A stretch of 64,000 nucleotides of DNA, from NCBI GenBank assembly GCA_008690995.1, contig VRMN01000004.1:1240001-1304000 (forward strand), read 5' to 3'. The position numbers and the translations under genes were made by a program. A model generated the notes under the pieces. That model worked only from the letters and a program-made list of their open reading frames with translations. It had not been told where the DNA came from and ran no database searches. This stretch comes from Porphyridium purpureum. Its lineage: Eukaryota. Of the stretch, positions 1-10,834 are shown in pieces (positions within the stretch are counted from its first letter, which is position 1; every line of letters starts with the position of its first letter).

Positions 1-234
1 AAGATGGACGATCTGAGCCGGCGCCTGGGCAAGCTGCTGCAAATGTTGAATCGCGGCGAGCTGAGTGAGTCGATTATCGGCAAGCTGAGCGAGCTGTGCA
101 CGGCGCTGGGCGGCGGCGACCTGGTGCGCGTGGGCGACGTGATCAAGCGCCTGACGGCGGAGAACTGGGAGAACAACGCGGCGTGGATCATGGCGCTGAA
201 GCGGCTGGTCGAGATGCTCAAGACGGGCCGGTAG
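1..234 (+). CDS. SEC31: COPII coat protein Sec31, C-terminal helical domain (5'-partial)
   Basis: Frame open from base 1; DDLSRRLGKL..LNRGELS...KLSEL..AL....W...AWIMALKRL resembles the Sec31/SRA1-like C-terminal domain. Confidence 0.7.
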   Translation, partial: KMDDLSRRLGKLLQMLNRGELSESIIGKLSELCTALGGGDLVRVGDVIKRLTAENWENNAAWIMALKRLVEMLKTGR

Positions 235-1196
235 GGCGTTCTGCTTGTGTCGGAGGCGCCGCCCGGTCTGTCGCCGTGCGCGAGGCTCGCGAGCCGATTT
301 CGTCATGCGTGCGACGCCAGCCGCGGTGTGGGCACACGGGTGATGTGGCGTGTTGGGTGGTGTACCGCCGTAGTACAGTTGATGTAATGTTTTGGTTCCA
401 CAGAAACGCGCGGCAGGGCTCCGCTTCAGCAGCTGCCAACAGAAAACACGCGCATAAATCGCATGACGTCCCATTCACCAACGCTCGCACGCGCACTCAC
501 GCAACGCGCCCCCCAAAATAGGCGCGCCTTGGTATGCCGCTGCGCCGTTTGCCGAATTTAGCCGCCAGGCGCCCGGGGCCCCCCTGCTGCTAGTGCTGCG
601 GCAGCCGGTGGCAGCACACGCGCGCAGTGCGGTTTTGAGGCGCGCGTAGTGGAACGCGCCCGTTTTGGTACGAACTGGTCCATCGGCCCCGCCCCCGCCC
701 TTGCGGCAACGAGCAGCCGCGCTGTGGAGCGTGTGCGTTCGTGAGCACGTGTTTGAGGCAGGCGCAGGCGTGCCGGGTGTCCAGCTGCCGTATAACAAAC
801 CAGTCGCGCTGCGGAGGCTGGCGCAGAGGTAAGGCGCGTGGGTGGTGGAGGTGGCTGCTGCACGCAGAGGAGGGTCGGCGGGGGGCGGCGTGGGCGTTGG
901 GGAGGGGACAGCACGCAACGCGCACGCCGTGGCTTGTCTCGGCTCGGTTCTGCTCGGCGCGTGTGTGGAAAGCATTGGAACTATCGCGCGCAGTGCGGGG
1001 GAGGGTCGACCGCGTGGAATAAATCGCGCGCTGCGTCTCGGCTTCGCAGCGGATCGCGGTGTGGGTCTGAGCGCGGGTTGTGGGCGGCCGGCGGGGTGGG
1101 CTGTGCGGGGTCTCGCAAAGGAACGCGGGACGCGCAGAAGAGGTTCGAAAGCTCGGGCACATGCGGTCGTCGAGGGCGAGTGCGCGTGCGGCCGCC

Positions 1197-3152
1197 ATGG
1201 CGGCGGCGGCTCTGCGCGCCGGTGTGCTCGCGGTCGTCGTGCTGGTGATGTGTTTATGCACCGTCGAGGCGCAGTCGCAAAGATACTGGGTGAACGAGTT
1301 GACAGATGGCGGCAACGAAAATACAGAGACTTCGGCGTGCTGTATTGCGCGCGATCAGGGCACAGGTGTGGTGATTCTCGGCACGACAAACGGTGACATT
1401 GGCGGGGTGAGTGTAGGTGGCACCTTTAACATGTTCACGGAGCGCTACTCGATCCAGACGGGTATCAGCCAAGGCTCTTTGCTGATCCCGGACCAAGGCT
1501 TTGGTGATGAGACCGCGCAGTTCCTGATCATCGACATCGCGGTGGAGGGCGGCCAGATCGCGTGCTTTGGTACTACGGACGGAAACTTTTTCAGAAGTCC
1601 AATCAACTCCTTTCTCAACTTCATTGTGGTCACTATCTCGAATGACAACGCGGTCGAGTTTGCACGAAACCAGCTGAATCGCAACGTAGTGGGTGATGAT
1701 ATTCTTGGCGGTGTCGAACTAACCAACAACGGTTACCTTGTTATTGGTTCCGGCAAAAGCAACCCGTCGGCTTCGACGAACAATGCGCTCATTTTGTGGC
1801 GGCTGAATTTTGCGCTCGTGGAGCAGTCGTTGAACGTCGTAACCAAGACAACGAACTCGGCCGCTACGGTTTTTGTCCGGACGACGTCGCGCTCGGTACC
1901 CAATCAAAACGTAGCGATTGCATACGGTGTCGAGCTTGCGTCCACCTCGGTTCAGTACTTCGTGGACGTCTATTCATTCACCGTCGCTTTTCAGTACACT
2001 GTGGAGGCACAATACAGGTACGCGGCAGCGTTCCCGAATGCGCCGATTGACATCAGCTCGGTGTTCTACGACTCTGTCTTTGACGCGTACTACATCGCCG
2101 GCCAGTTCCCACCCACAAACGGTGATCAGCTGTCTGCCTACTCTGGTATCTGCACATCCGAAGATCCGTTTCAGCTTGGAAATACGGCAGCCATTTTCGG
2201 CGCTGTGTCTGCAGCTACCGGCTCATCTTTGGAACCGTTTTCCTCATACCGGTCGCAGCGCATCGAGGGCTCTTCATGCGGTACTTACAATGCACAGGTT
2301 CGTGTTGGCGTGGATACGAACGGCGTGAACCGTGTGCTGATTGGGATGGACTTCTTTTTCCGCGACGCCATCCCGACAGGTTTCCGCTTTCTGTACCAGA
2401 CTTCGTTATCGCCCACGGCTGACGATGGCCAGACCGCTTCGCGCTTGAACGGTCTGCCTTCCCAGCAAAACTTTGAGGGCATTTCGACACCGGTAGTCGG
2501 TGCCGAAGGCGCTGTGCTGTTTGGGAGCAACAATGTGCGCTCCCCGAATGGTGATCTTTGCTTCCCTGAGGGCCCGGCATTCCGCAACCACACGATTGCA
2601 GGGTTTAGTGCGAGCCAGTCTGGTGCACTCTGGGTTGCGACCCCTGGAACGCTGTGCGACGACTACTTGACGGATTTACTCGCGATTAACACAACTTATG
2701 GTGTTGCGCTAGGCGTGACCAAGGGTAGCTTTGTAGGCGGTACGAACCCGCTGCAGCGCGAGCGCGTGGTCGTGTACTCTCTGAACTTCGCCAATGGCGA
2801 CCTTCCTAACTTTGACTTTCGGTGTAACACGGGTTGCAGCAGTGGCAGCGCGACGCCTACACCAAGCCCAACCTTGGACCCGAACTGCGTGTTTAACTCG
2901 ACACACTGCACGTGTCGGCGCACCAATTTCAGAGATTGTGTGGTACCTAGTATCTCGACAGCCAACACGTGCCTTGTTAATCGATGTCTGGGTATTGAGT
3001 GCAATTGTTTTGGTGACTCGGTCTGCAAATTAGAGCGCAGGCTCGAATGGACTGCAGACGAACCTATTGATGACCAGGAGACAGTTGCGTGCTCGTTGTT
3101 TAGCACCACCTTTCCAACGGCCCTCTGGGTTCCTGAACCCTTAGGGATCTAA
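1197..3152 (+). CDS. Secreted protein with beta-rich (propeller-like) repeats and Cys-rich C-terminal domain
   Basis: ATG in GCCGCCATGG context; hydrophobic signal peptide ending TVEA-Q; recurring GxTxG motifs (GTTNGD, GTTDGN, GVTKGS); TPTPSPT linker; Cys-rich tail. Confidence 0.75.
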   Translation: MAAAALRAGVLAVVVLVMCLCTVEAQSQRYWVNELTDGGNENTETSACCIARDQGTGVVILGTTNGDIGGVSVGGTFNMFTERYSIQTGISQGSLLIPDQGFGDETAQFLIIDIAVEGGQIACFGTTDGNFFRSPINSFLNFIVVTISNDNAVEFARNQLNRNVVGDDILGGVELTNNGYLVIGSGKSNPSASTNNALILWRLNFALVEQSLNVVTKTTNSAATVFVRTTSRSVPNQNVAIAYGVELASTSVQYFVDVYSFTVAFQYTVEAQYRYAAAFPNAPIDISSVFYDSVFDAYYIAGQFPPTNGDQLSAYSGICTSEDPFQLGNTAAIFGAVSAATGSSLEPFSSYRSQRIEGSSCGTYNAQVRVGVDTNGVNRVLIGMDFFFRDAIPTGFRFLYQTSLSPTADDGQTASRLNGLPSQQNFEGISTPVVGAEGAVLFGSNNVRSPNGDLCFPEGPAFRNHTIAGFSASQSGALWVATPGTLCDDYLTDLLAINTTYGVALGVTKGSFVGGTNPLQRERVVVYSLNFANGDLPNFDFRCNTGCSSGSATPTPSPTLDPNCVFNSTHCTCRRTNFRDCVVPSISTANTCLVNRCLGIECNCFGDSVCKLERRLEWTADEPIDDQETVACSLFSTTFPTALWVPEPLGI

Positions 3153-3641
3153 GTACAAGTCGGCGCTGCTGTTGTGGTTTTTATCTCACGGCGCGTGAAC
3201 AGAAGGGTCCCTTCTTTGCGCCGTCGAGCAGGCAGGCATTTAGTGAAATCTCTGCACTTCGCTCTTTTACTGTCTATTGAATTTCTGAAGAAAACGAATG
3301 TCTGGCTTCCCTTGCGGATTCACACCTTACGCACTTCGCGCAAGCACAGCGCGCTTCCAGTAACCTTGGCAAGTGACCTCGCACTGCTCAAGCTGTCACA
3401 TGCCCATTTTCATCACTTTGTGTTTGCACGGGTAAATGTCTGAAGCTGATTGACATGCGACGGAAGCATGGCCTTCTCTCCACGGACGTGTTTCGGAACA
3501 TGTAATCAATTGCTCGCCTCACCTTCTGCGAGTCTCGGTGATTGGAATGAGCAAATCGGCGCTGGAGTTGGGTGAAAGATGAACGAATTGGCGTGGAGAG
3601 TTCCAACGGTGTGAATGAAAATGTTCGCATGCGTCGCCTCA

Positions 3642-4721
3642 TCACCCTTTCGCCAGTGAGCTGTTCTTGGAACCGCGCTTGGGCTGCTGTGCGCGCTGCG
3701 GCTGACCCCCGCCACGTCCTGTGCCAGATCCACCTCCTCGCGTATGCGAGGCATCTCGCGCCCCGCGAGACGCAGAAGATGGCGTACCGCCGCGACCAAA
3801 ACCACGACCGCGACCACGACCGCGACCTAGACCCCTGCTATTCTTTTCCGTGCCTTGTCGTAGGGGAGAAGTCTCAGGCGGAGAGATCCGGCTCCCATAT
3901 TGCTGGTTGTCTTGGAATCGTGTTGCCTCTGTTTCCGACGATGCACTTTTGTCACTCCCCGAGTCTGAATTACGCCCCTCTGACTTTCGCAGCTTGGACG
4001 GAAGTCTTCGGTTGAAATTCCCGCCCAGGCTGGGCTCGACGACGTCGATTTCGTCGTCTTCGTCGTCCTGGTCGTCATACAGGTATCCGAATTCGTCCAC
4101 GACGCGCCCGCGATACCAGTTCACTTGCGCTGGTTTGAACGTCTGCCGCTCTATGACTTGAGTCCGGACAATGGTGTCTCGCCTTGTTCGCTCCTCAACT
4201 TCTGCGGCATTCACACCCATGGTCAAATGGCTCAGAAAGGAAACGAAGCGTGCTTGCATGACACGCACGCAGGGGTCGATTTCAGCAAAGCAGGTGCAAA
4301 CTTCATGCACGAACGCGGTCCAATCTTCCTTGCGTGTGGCCCAACTTCTCGTCGCGTCAAAGTCCAACGGCTTCAGTTGAAAAGATTCTGAAACAGATCC
4401 TAGCGCGTCTACCAGCATTCGCGCAACCCAATCGTAGGTCACACCTTTCTGTTCAGCGTTTTGAGCCAATTCTAGCGCACGCCGCGACGCGTCAAGCAAA
4501 ATCGACGCCGCATCTTGTCCAAGAATCTCCAGCACGAATGGCGCGACCTCGGCCGGAAGTCTTGCGCAAGTCATCAGCGCCACTTCGCCGCTCAGGTGCG
4601 TCGCTAGTTTTGTGCGCGGGTCTGCCACGCACTCCTTCAAACACGCTACCGCATGCACGTCCTCAGCACATATGGCCGCATCTCTGCCACACCGTTCCAC
4701 CAGATCGCGCTGCCAATCCAT
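3642..4721 (-). CDS. Hypothetical protein with acidic YDD segment and RGG-rich C-terminus (possibly ASCC2-like, RNA-binding)
   Basis: 359-aa ATG ORF; DEFGYLYDDQDDEDDE followed by RGRGRGRGFGRGG low-complexity tail. Confidence 0.6.
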   Translation of the reverse strand: MDWQRDLVERCGRDAAICAEDVHAVACLKECVADPRTKLATHLSGEVALMTCARLPAEVAPFVLEILGQDAASILLDASRRALELAQNAEQKGVTYDWVARMLVDALGSVSESFQLKPLDFDATRSWATRKEDWTAFVHEVCTCFAEIDPCVRVMQARFVSFLSHLTMGVNAAEVEERTRRDTIVRTQVIERQTFKPAQVNWYRGRVVDEFGYLYDDQDDEDDEIDVVEPSLGGNFNRRLPSKLRKSEGRNSDSGSDKSASSETEATRFQDNQQYGSRISPPETSPLRQGTEKNSRGLGRGRGRGRGFGRGGTPSSASRGARDASHTRGGGSGTGRGGGQPQRAQQPKRGSKNSSLAKG

Positions 4722-4776
4722 CGCGTCTTCGTGCGCGTCTTCTTTTGAGTCATCAAGCTGCGAATGGTCTTGAACT

Positions 4777-6846
4777 ATGTTTGTGCCGTCCTCGTTGACG
4801 CGTGGGCGAGTTACGAAAGTGGCGTACCGTCAGTGCTGCCGCACACTGACTGTCACCGGCCAGCTCAGGCCACGTGTCACGTGCACGCTGCCTGACATGT
4901 CGCTTCAAAGATCGTCGCCAACGTCGTCGTCTTGTGAGCCGGTGGCAGCGCACAAGGCATTGGACGCGGCGTTGCGCGCAAATCATTGTGTGGATTGGCT
5001 GGTACTGTATGGAGAGTACCTGTTCGGTGCCAAAGGCAAGAAATCGCTAGAGTTGGACGCTTCGCAGCATGCGCGCAGAGTCCGGGCGCGCACAGATGAC
5101 TTCGTGGAGAGTGTGATTACAAGAATACAGACAAACAGCGTCGGTTTGATCGTGGAAGACATTGCACATTCGGAACATTCTGCTTCTAACAATGATCAAG
5201 AACTTACCGCACTTGCACGCTTGGGGCGCACTGAACGGCAGGTGGCGGGGAAGAAGGCTCACATCCTGCAAGGACCAGTGTTTCTGTACCAAAATCTGCT
5301 CCTCGAACCAGCGCTGATGGTTCGATCAGATGCGCTCATTCATCTTGAACAGCTGATTGTCCAGTCAGGGAGCTCAACAATGCCGGTGTCGGAGGAGCAT
5401 CGCGGCCTCAGCAAAGAAAATGAAGAACTCCAGTATCATCCCGTCTTCGTCACGCGTTCGAAATTGCGGCGGAAAGGGGACCTTCTGGATCGAACGAATC
5501 CGATCAATATGAATGCTGCTCTTGGTATTTTGGTTGGAAGAGCTCAAGGGGCCGGTGCAGATTCACGCATGCCACGCGCATTCGTGATTGCCCGCGATAA
5601 AGATCGTCAGGAACGGCTGGTGTGGATCGCGTTGGACTACAAGAGGTGGCCAGCGAAAACTCAGCGCCTCACGGCTGCGCTCGATGATGCATTGGACTGG
5701 AACGAGCGCCTTCTGGAGGATGGTCTCAAGTGGGCGCACGCGCTCAAGCGCGAGCTCTTGCAGGTTGAGAAGCACCCTGGCTGTTTGTCGCGGAAGGAGT
5801 TCGACGTACCTTCATCACCTTGCTCGGTACTTTTCATGGAGCCTCGTTTACGTCCAAACATGCGGATTGAAAGCTTCTACAGCAAAGGCTCTCATGCATG
5901 GAAAAAGCAACTGGCTAATGCGACTGGTGAGCTGACGCAACTTCCCGGCATTTCGGTGTCTCTTCGGGACCAGCTCATCAGTGAGGGCTTTTCGGATCTG
6001 TATAGCACCGGGTTGGTCGAGCGTCTTTCTGCCATAGATCCTCCTGTCCTTTCAGAGCTCATCACAATGACTGGTTTCTTGCACGCGTCACCGGGAGCGT
6101 GCTTCCGCGTGACTCCCGACGTCGTGTCGCAAGTGCTGCACAAGTACGCGGAATGTGACCAGCATCGTGTGCTCTTTGTCGACGTTGAATTAGCCAACCC
6201 GCAAGATCTGATACTACCGGACGATCTTCAAGACCCTGCGCCAGCTTCTGGCCTACTTTTTCTCATTGGTTGCGGCTTTTGTGGCAAAGATGGAGCTTGG
6301 CATTTTACGTCTTTCCCTGCGAAAACACTGTCGAATCAGGGCGAGGCTGACATAACGCGCGACTTTCTGGATTTCGTTTCAGCCCAAAAGCCCCAGGCAA
6401 TCGTTGCGTATGGTGATGAACTTCGAATTTTTCGATCGCTCTTCGCACGCCATCCCGGACTACACGTTTCAGAGGCTGCCGCGTTTCTGCTCAGGACGTC
6501 TATACTTGATTTGTTCAGGAAAGTCGTGAAACCTGCAAATCTACTGGTGCGAGGCGCCTTCAACATGCGCCTCAGCTCTCTATTCCACGCACTGTCCGAA
6601 AACGGACTGCTGGACGACTGCGGCGTTGCCAAGGCGTTTCCAGAGCATCTCGAAGATGCCGATGCAGACTGCACAGTGCAAATGATGGAGCTTGCGCTGA
6701 GTGAGTATGAGGAGCGTGCACTGCAGTCATCACCAAGCAGCGATATTCAGGGTCCAAAAGGGATGGAACGCGTCATACAGTACAATGAGCTGGACTGTTT
6801 TATGACCATGGCGTTGTACAAGTTCCTCTTGCGTTGTGTGACCTGA
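4777..6846 (+). CDS. TM0106-like nuclease: degenerate RecB-like N-part, HhH motif, C-terminal RNase H-like/DEDD domain
   Basis: LTQLPGIS (HhH), VLFVDVE, LFLIGCG, ILDL, QYNELDC motifs; N-terminus MFVPSSL resembles a transit peptide. Confidence 0.65.
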   Translation: MFVPSSLTRGRVTKVAYRQCCRTLTVTGQLRPRVTCTLPDMSLQRSSPTSSSCEPVAAHKALDAALRANHCVDWLVLYGEYLFGAKGKKSLELDASQHARRVRARTDDFVESVITRIQTNSVGLIVEDIAHSEHSASNNDQELTALARLGRTERQVAGKKAHILQGPVFLYQNLLLEPALMVRSDALIHLEQLIVQSGSSTMPVSEEHRGLSKENEELQYHPVFVTRSKLRRKGDLLDRTNPINMNAALGILVGRAQGAGADSRMPRAFVIARDKDRQERLVWIALDYKRWPAKTQRLTAALDDALDWNERLLEDGLKWAHALKRELLQVEKHPGCLSRKEFDVPSSPCSVLFMEPRLRPNMRIESFYSKGSHAWKKQLANATGELTQLPGISVSLRDQLISEGFSDLYSTGLVERLSAIDPPVLSELITMTGFLHASPGACFRVTPDVVSQVLHKYAECDQHRVLFVDVELANPQDLILPDDLQDPAPASGLLFLIGCGFCGKDGAWHFTSFPAKTLSNQGEADITRDFLDFVSAQKPQAIVAYGDELRIFRSLFARHPGLHVSEAAAFLLRTSILDLFRKVVKPANLLVRGAFNMRLSSLFHALSENGLLDDCGVAKAFPEHLEDADADCTVQMMELALSEYEERALQSSPSSDIQGPKGMERVIQYNELDCFMTMALYKFLLRCVT

Positions 6847-6936
6847 TTACCCAGGCAGTCATGTGGGATTCCGTTTTCAGGAGAACGTCGGTGAGGTATT
6901 CAGCCTGTATGTATGGTTTAAATTTTTGTTCTATAT

Positions 6937-9306
6937 TTATTCCGTGTCAGTCGCGCAGGCTGAGGCAACAATCTGCTCGCTCTTTTCATAGTCAGCGTAT
7001 GCCTTTTCCAGCTTTTTCTCCAGCGCTCTGCGCTCTGCCGTGAGCTCATTTAGCTTGCCAGCGTCTGTGGCAACAGAGATCATCTTCGCATCCACGTCCG
7101 CAAGAGCTGCCTCCAATTTTTCAATGCTTTCCTCGAGCTTCGGTATCGCCTTCTTTGCCCTGTCCATTTCTTTCCGCAAGCGTCGCCGCTCTGCCTGCTC
7201 ATGGGCCTTTTTTTCCTTGGTCAGACTTTCGGCGCCGTTGTGAAAAGCCGCAGTCGCAGCTTCCGTTTCCACAAGAACTGATGCATGTGCCCCCTTCTCT
7301 AGACGAACTCCCCGGTTCGGGCTCGAGGACGCCATTTGACCAGGTTGGTTGCCGTACTCCTCTGCCAGAACGACGCTCTTCACATGCTCGGGCACACCGT
7401 AAAAGATGTCCGATACTTTCCCATCCTTCACAACCATGCTATGCGTCGCAATCGCCTCAATCAAGCGAATATCGTGCGTTACAAGAATAATGGTGCCATC
7501 GCTCCACTTTTGCAATCCAGCGCAAAGGGCTTCAACGCTTTCGATGCTCAGGTGATTCGATACTTCGTCCAAAAAGAGTAAGTTATGCGCTGGCTTGGAC
7601 ACTGTGAACGCTGCGAGGGCAACGCGTGCCTTCTCTCCGCCACTCAGCATTTCGATCGCGCGAACTGCAGCGTCGCCCGAAAGCCCCACATTCCCCAGCG
7701 CTGAGCGCAGTTCCAACTTTGTGGCATCCTCATTGATCTCAGAGCTCAAGTAATCAAGTGGGGTTTTGTGTACGGGCAAGTCTGCCGCTAAATCTTGGGT
7801 AAAGACACCAACAGAAACCCGGTCATCGCCGTGCGCAACCTTCCCACTCACCGGGGCAAGGAGGCCGGCCAGCGTGCGCAGCAGCGTCGACTTGCCTTGT
7901 CCGTTTGGTCCCACAATCGCTAGTCGCTGCCCGCGCTCTACTTCAAAGTTGACGTTGCGAAGAAGCGGTGCCGGATTGCCCGGCCAGCCCACCGACAAGT
8001 TCGCCACGCTCAGCACAACGTGATGACAAGGTGGCGCCTTTGGCAGAGTAAACACGAGTCGTCGTGAGTTTTCCAGGCTGTCCGTCGGAACTTCAACCAG
8101 CTGCTTCTCCATTCGCGCAATTGCCTTTTCCTTACTCTTTGCAGCCGTAGCCTTGGTTGCCTTCGCGCCAAAACGGTCCACAAAGCCTTGCAATCGGTCA
8201 ATCTCGGACTGCTGACGAGCGCGCTGCGCCTCGAGTGCTTGCTGACGAAGCTCCCGTTCTGTCAAGTAAAATGAGTAATTGCCCGGGAATGTGTAGTGCT
8301 TGCCACCGCGAAACTCGACAATGGCGGTGCAGCGATCCAGCAGTGAGCGTTCGTGCGACACAAGAATAATCGCGTACGGGTATGACGCCAAGAAATTTTC
8401 GACGTAAGCCTTGGCAGCGCGGTCCAGATGATTCGAGGGCTCGTCAAGTAGCAGAACATTCGGCTGCGACAGCAATAGACGGGCGAGCGCTACGCGCATT
8501 TGCCAACCGCCGCTGAGTTCGCTGCAAGGTCTGTCCCAGTCTTCTGGAGCAAAGCCCAGACCACTGAGCATATCGGCGATAATTTTATCCTTATCATACC
8601 CACCTGCGCTCGAATATTCGTCCATGACTTCGGCAAGCTCCTGTGCCATGCGCATAGCTTCGTTATTGTTTCGCCCTTCCTGCTGCATCATGGCGCGTTC
8701 CAGCTCCTCCATGCGCCTCTCCAGACGTAGGAGTCGCTCCATTTGCGAAGATGCTTCCTCCCACACCGAGCGAGACGAGCCGGAAACTGCTTGCTGCGGC
8801 AAGTAGCCCAAAAAGGCGTTGCGAGCGAGCCGAATCTGGCCCAGTTTCAGCTCGTGCTCGCCGGTCACCGAGCGCAAAAAGGTAGTCTTGCCTGCTCCAT
8901 TTGCGCCGACAATACCGACAAACTCTTTCGGAAACACCTTCAGGTCGTCCACAAACAGCAAGTCTCGTGCACCCGCTTGAACGGTGAGTTCCTCGATTTC
9001 CAAAACTGCCCCCGAAGTCGCCACAGCTGCGTTCGTCGCCGTCTTGCCATTCTTTCCCCCCGGTGATGCAGAGGTAGCGGATGCGGCAGAAACATCGGAC
9101 GGCGCGGCGCCGCGCCGCGCGACAGTCGGCGTCCATTTGCGCGAGCTCGACCCAATCAGCCTCTGGTGCTGCTCACATGAACGAGCGGCCAGTGACCGTG
9201 GCAAAGCGTGCTTCCTGTTCTCATGTGTCACTACACCGCCGTTTGCACATACAGACACCGGCACCAAGCCGCAGAATGCAAGAGTCATGGTCACTCCACC
9301 TGTCAT
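6937..9306 (-). CDS. ABC-F family ATPase (two NBDs, no TMD), probably plastid-targeted
   Basis: GANGAGKT, LSGGWQMR, LLLDEPSNHLD; GPNGQGKS, LSGGEKAR, LFLDEVSNHL; C-terminal coiled coil; Ser/Ala/Arg-rich N-extension. Confidence 0.92.
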   Translation of the reverse strand: MTGGVTMTLAFCGLVPVSVCANGGVVTHENRKHALPRSLAARSCEQHQRLIGSSSRKWTPTVARRGAAPSDVSAASATSASPGGKNGKTATNAAVATSGAVLEIEELTVQAGARDLLFVDDLKVFPKEFVGIVGANGAGKTTFLRSVTGEHELKLGQIRLARNAFLGYLPQQAVSGSSRSVWEEASSQMERLLRLERRMEELERAMMQQEGRNNNEAMRMAQELAEVMDEYSSAGGYDKDKIIADMLSGLGFAPEDWDRPCSELSGGWQMRVALARLLLSQPNVLLLDEPSNHLDRAAKAYVENFLASYPYAIILVSHERSLLDRCTAIVEFRGGKHYTFPGNYSFYLTERELRQQALEAQRARQQSEIDRLQGFVDRFGAKATKATAAKSKEKAIARMEKQLVEVPTDSLENSRRLVFTLPKAPPCHHVVLSVANLSVGWPGNPAPLLRNVNFEVERGQRLAIVGPNGQGKSTLLRTLAGLLAPVSGKVAHGDDRVSVGVFTQDLAADLPVHKTPLDYLSSEINEDATKLELRSALGNVGLSGDAAVRAIEMLSGGEKARVALAAFTVSKPAHNLLFLDEVSNHLSIESVEALCAGLQKWSDGTIILVTHDIRLIEAIATHSMVVKDGKVSDIFYGVPEHVKSVVLAEEYGNQPGQMASSSPNRGVRLEKGAHASVLVETEAATAAFHNGAESLTKEKKAHEQAERRRLRKEMDRAKKAIPKLEESIEKLEAALADVDAKMISVATDAGKLNELTAERRALEKKLEKAYADYEKSEQIVASACATDTE

Positions 9307-9448
9307 CGCCCGTCTCTTTCTCTCGCTCTCTTTGCAGGTCGGCCGCGCTCATTCCAGTGGGAGATTGGAAAGCCACTTGGCGGCCGCCACTTGAGCTAGT
9401 CGCCGTTTCCGGTTCATTCGAATGAACCGTTAAGGAATTCAAGCGGGC

Positions 9449-10834
9449 TCAGGACATTCGTACCAGCAGCATGGTGGTGCAGTACGGACATTCGCCGATG
9501 AGGCTGCCGAGGGTGGATCGCGTATTCGGCAGGCTCCTGAACCACTCAATCAGGCACGCGCGATGGTACATGCGCGCGCAGTTGTGTGCCTCGCACGCGG
9601 TGTCTGGCACGGAGCGACCGTCGCTCGTCTGCCGCTGAGCTCTAGCTGAACCGGCACGGGCGTCTGGTGCTGCTGCTTCTGCGCCAGGGTCCTCGATATG
9701 GTACGCGTAGCAAATGCTGCAGTCTGTGCTGAAGTTGTCGTCTGCTTCACTGAATGCGTCTGGTCGCTCGAATGTGATGCCGAGTATGCGTTCGAGCCGC
9801 GCGCGCGGCAGCTCCGAGTCGGGTGCCATCTCACACCAGGACGCTGCGCCGTGGCTCCACTTTCGCTGCAGTGGTGTGATGAATGTGCCTGCACCAAGGA
9901 AGCGGCAGATGGGTGCACCATTAAGCGCGTTCAGGGGATCAAATTCAACCATCAAGCTCGAGTGATTGCCGAGGGCGACGCGTCGGAAGGCCGCGTCATA
10001 GGCCCCTGTGCGCGGCTCCAGCACTGCACAGTGGGCGTCAATGTCATCCAGTACGTCCAGCAACTCACGCGCAGAGTCGACGACTTGAACGTAGTGCGCA
10101 TGTAATTCCTTGAAAGACAAAGATGTTGTGCTGTGAATTGCACTCACGTTGAGCAGAGTAGGGGGAAGCGCAATAGTACAGACGCGGCGCCCGTGCGGAT
10201 ATTCATGGTCAAACGCAATATCGAGCACAAGTTCGCGCCCTGATCGTGCGCTGTTCGAGCTTTTGCTTTCGCGCACGATCAGACTTACGCTCTGGAAGCT
10301 AGCGTGCACGTGCTTAACGTGCTGCCAGCCGAGTGCATGCAGGTCGTGCAGTACGCGCTCATAAAAGTCAGCACGCACAATGCCCTCTCGACCACCGCCA
10401 TGCAAAGTAGGACGAAGCAACAGAGCAGATTTTTGGTCGCCTGCTGCTCCGTGTGCATCTGCCATGACGCCTTGAGTCTCCGCGGCGTCTACAAGCTTCA
10501 CCAACTCGTGCATGAACTCGTCTACGCTATTCACTGAACGAATCAGCCTTGTTACAGGTCGTGCCCATTCGTGCAGCAAACATGCCAAGGCCGGCTCCAT
10601 CCTGACTCCAGCAATGCCTCCAAACTGTCCTGCCTTCCGTTTGGCTGGCTCGTGCACATCCAGCCACACGCGAGACTCTTGCCCGCTGATGTGATACAGA
10701 CAGACGGCTACTCCACTTTCCAGGCCACTGCCGCCCAGTGGTAGCACACAGAAACGGCGTCTGTGGTGCTTCGCTACAGCGGCCGTTCCCACGCTCGCCA
10801 TCGCTAAGCAAGCGTGGCGGCTGTCCCATCGCAT
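9449..10834 (-). CDS. FANCL: E3 ubiquitin ligase FANCL
   Basis: LDDIDAHCAVLEP, RRVALG, C-terminal RING CSICYAY...C..C...YHRACLIEWFRSLP...GECPYC. Confidence 0.9.
   Translation of the reverse strand: MRWDSRHACLAMASVGTAAVAKHHRRRFCVLPLGGSGLESGVAVCLYHISGQESRVWLDVHEPAKRKAGQFGGIAGVRMEPALACLLHEWARPVTRLIRSVNSVDEFMHELVKLVDAAETQGVMADAHGAAGDQKSALLLRPTLHGGGREGIVRADFYERVLHDLHALGWQHVKHVHASFQSVSLIVRESKSSNSARSGRELVLDIAFDHEYPHGRRVCTIALPPTLLNVSAIHSTTSLSFKELHAHYVQVVDSARELLDVLDDIDAHCAVLEPRTGAYDAAFRRVALGNHSSLMVEFDPLNALNGAPICRFLGAGTFITPLQRKWSHGAASWCEMAPDSELPRARLERILGITFERPDAFSEADDNFSTDCSICYAYHIEDPGAEAAAPDARAGSARAQRQTSDGRSVPDTACEAHNCARMYHRACLIEWFRSLPNTRSTLGSLIGECPYCTTMLLVRMS

Noticed and set aside
829..1049. Possible 5' UTR intron (GTAAGG donor)
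   Set aside because: No clear branch point; acceptor ambiguous without transcript data
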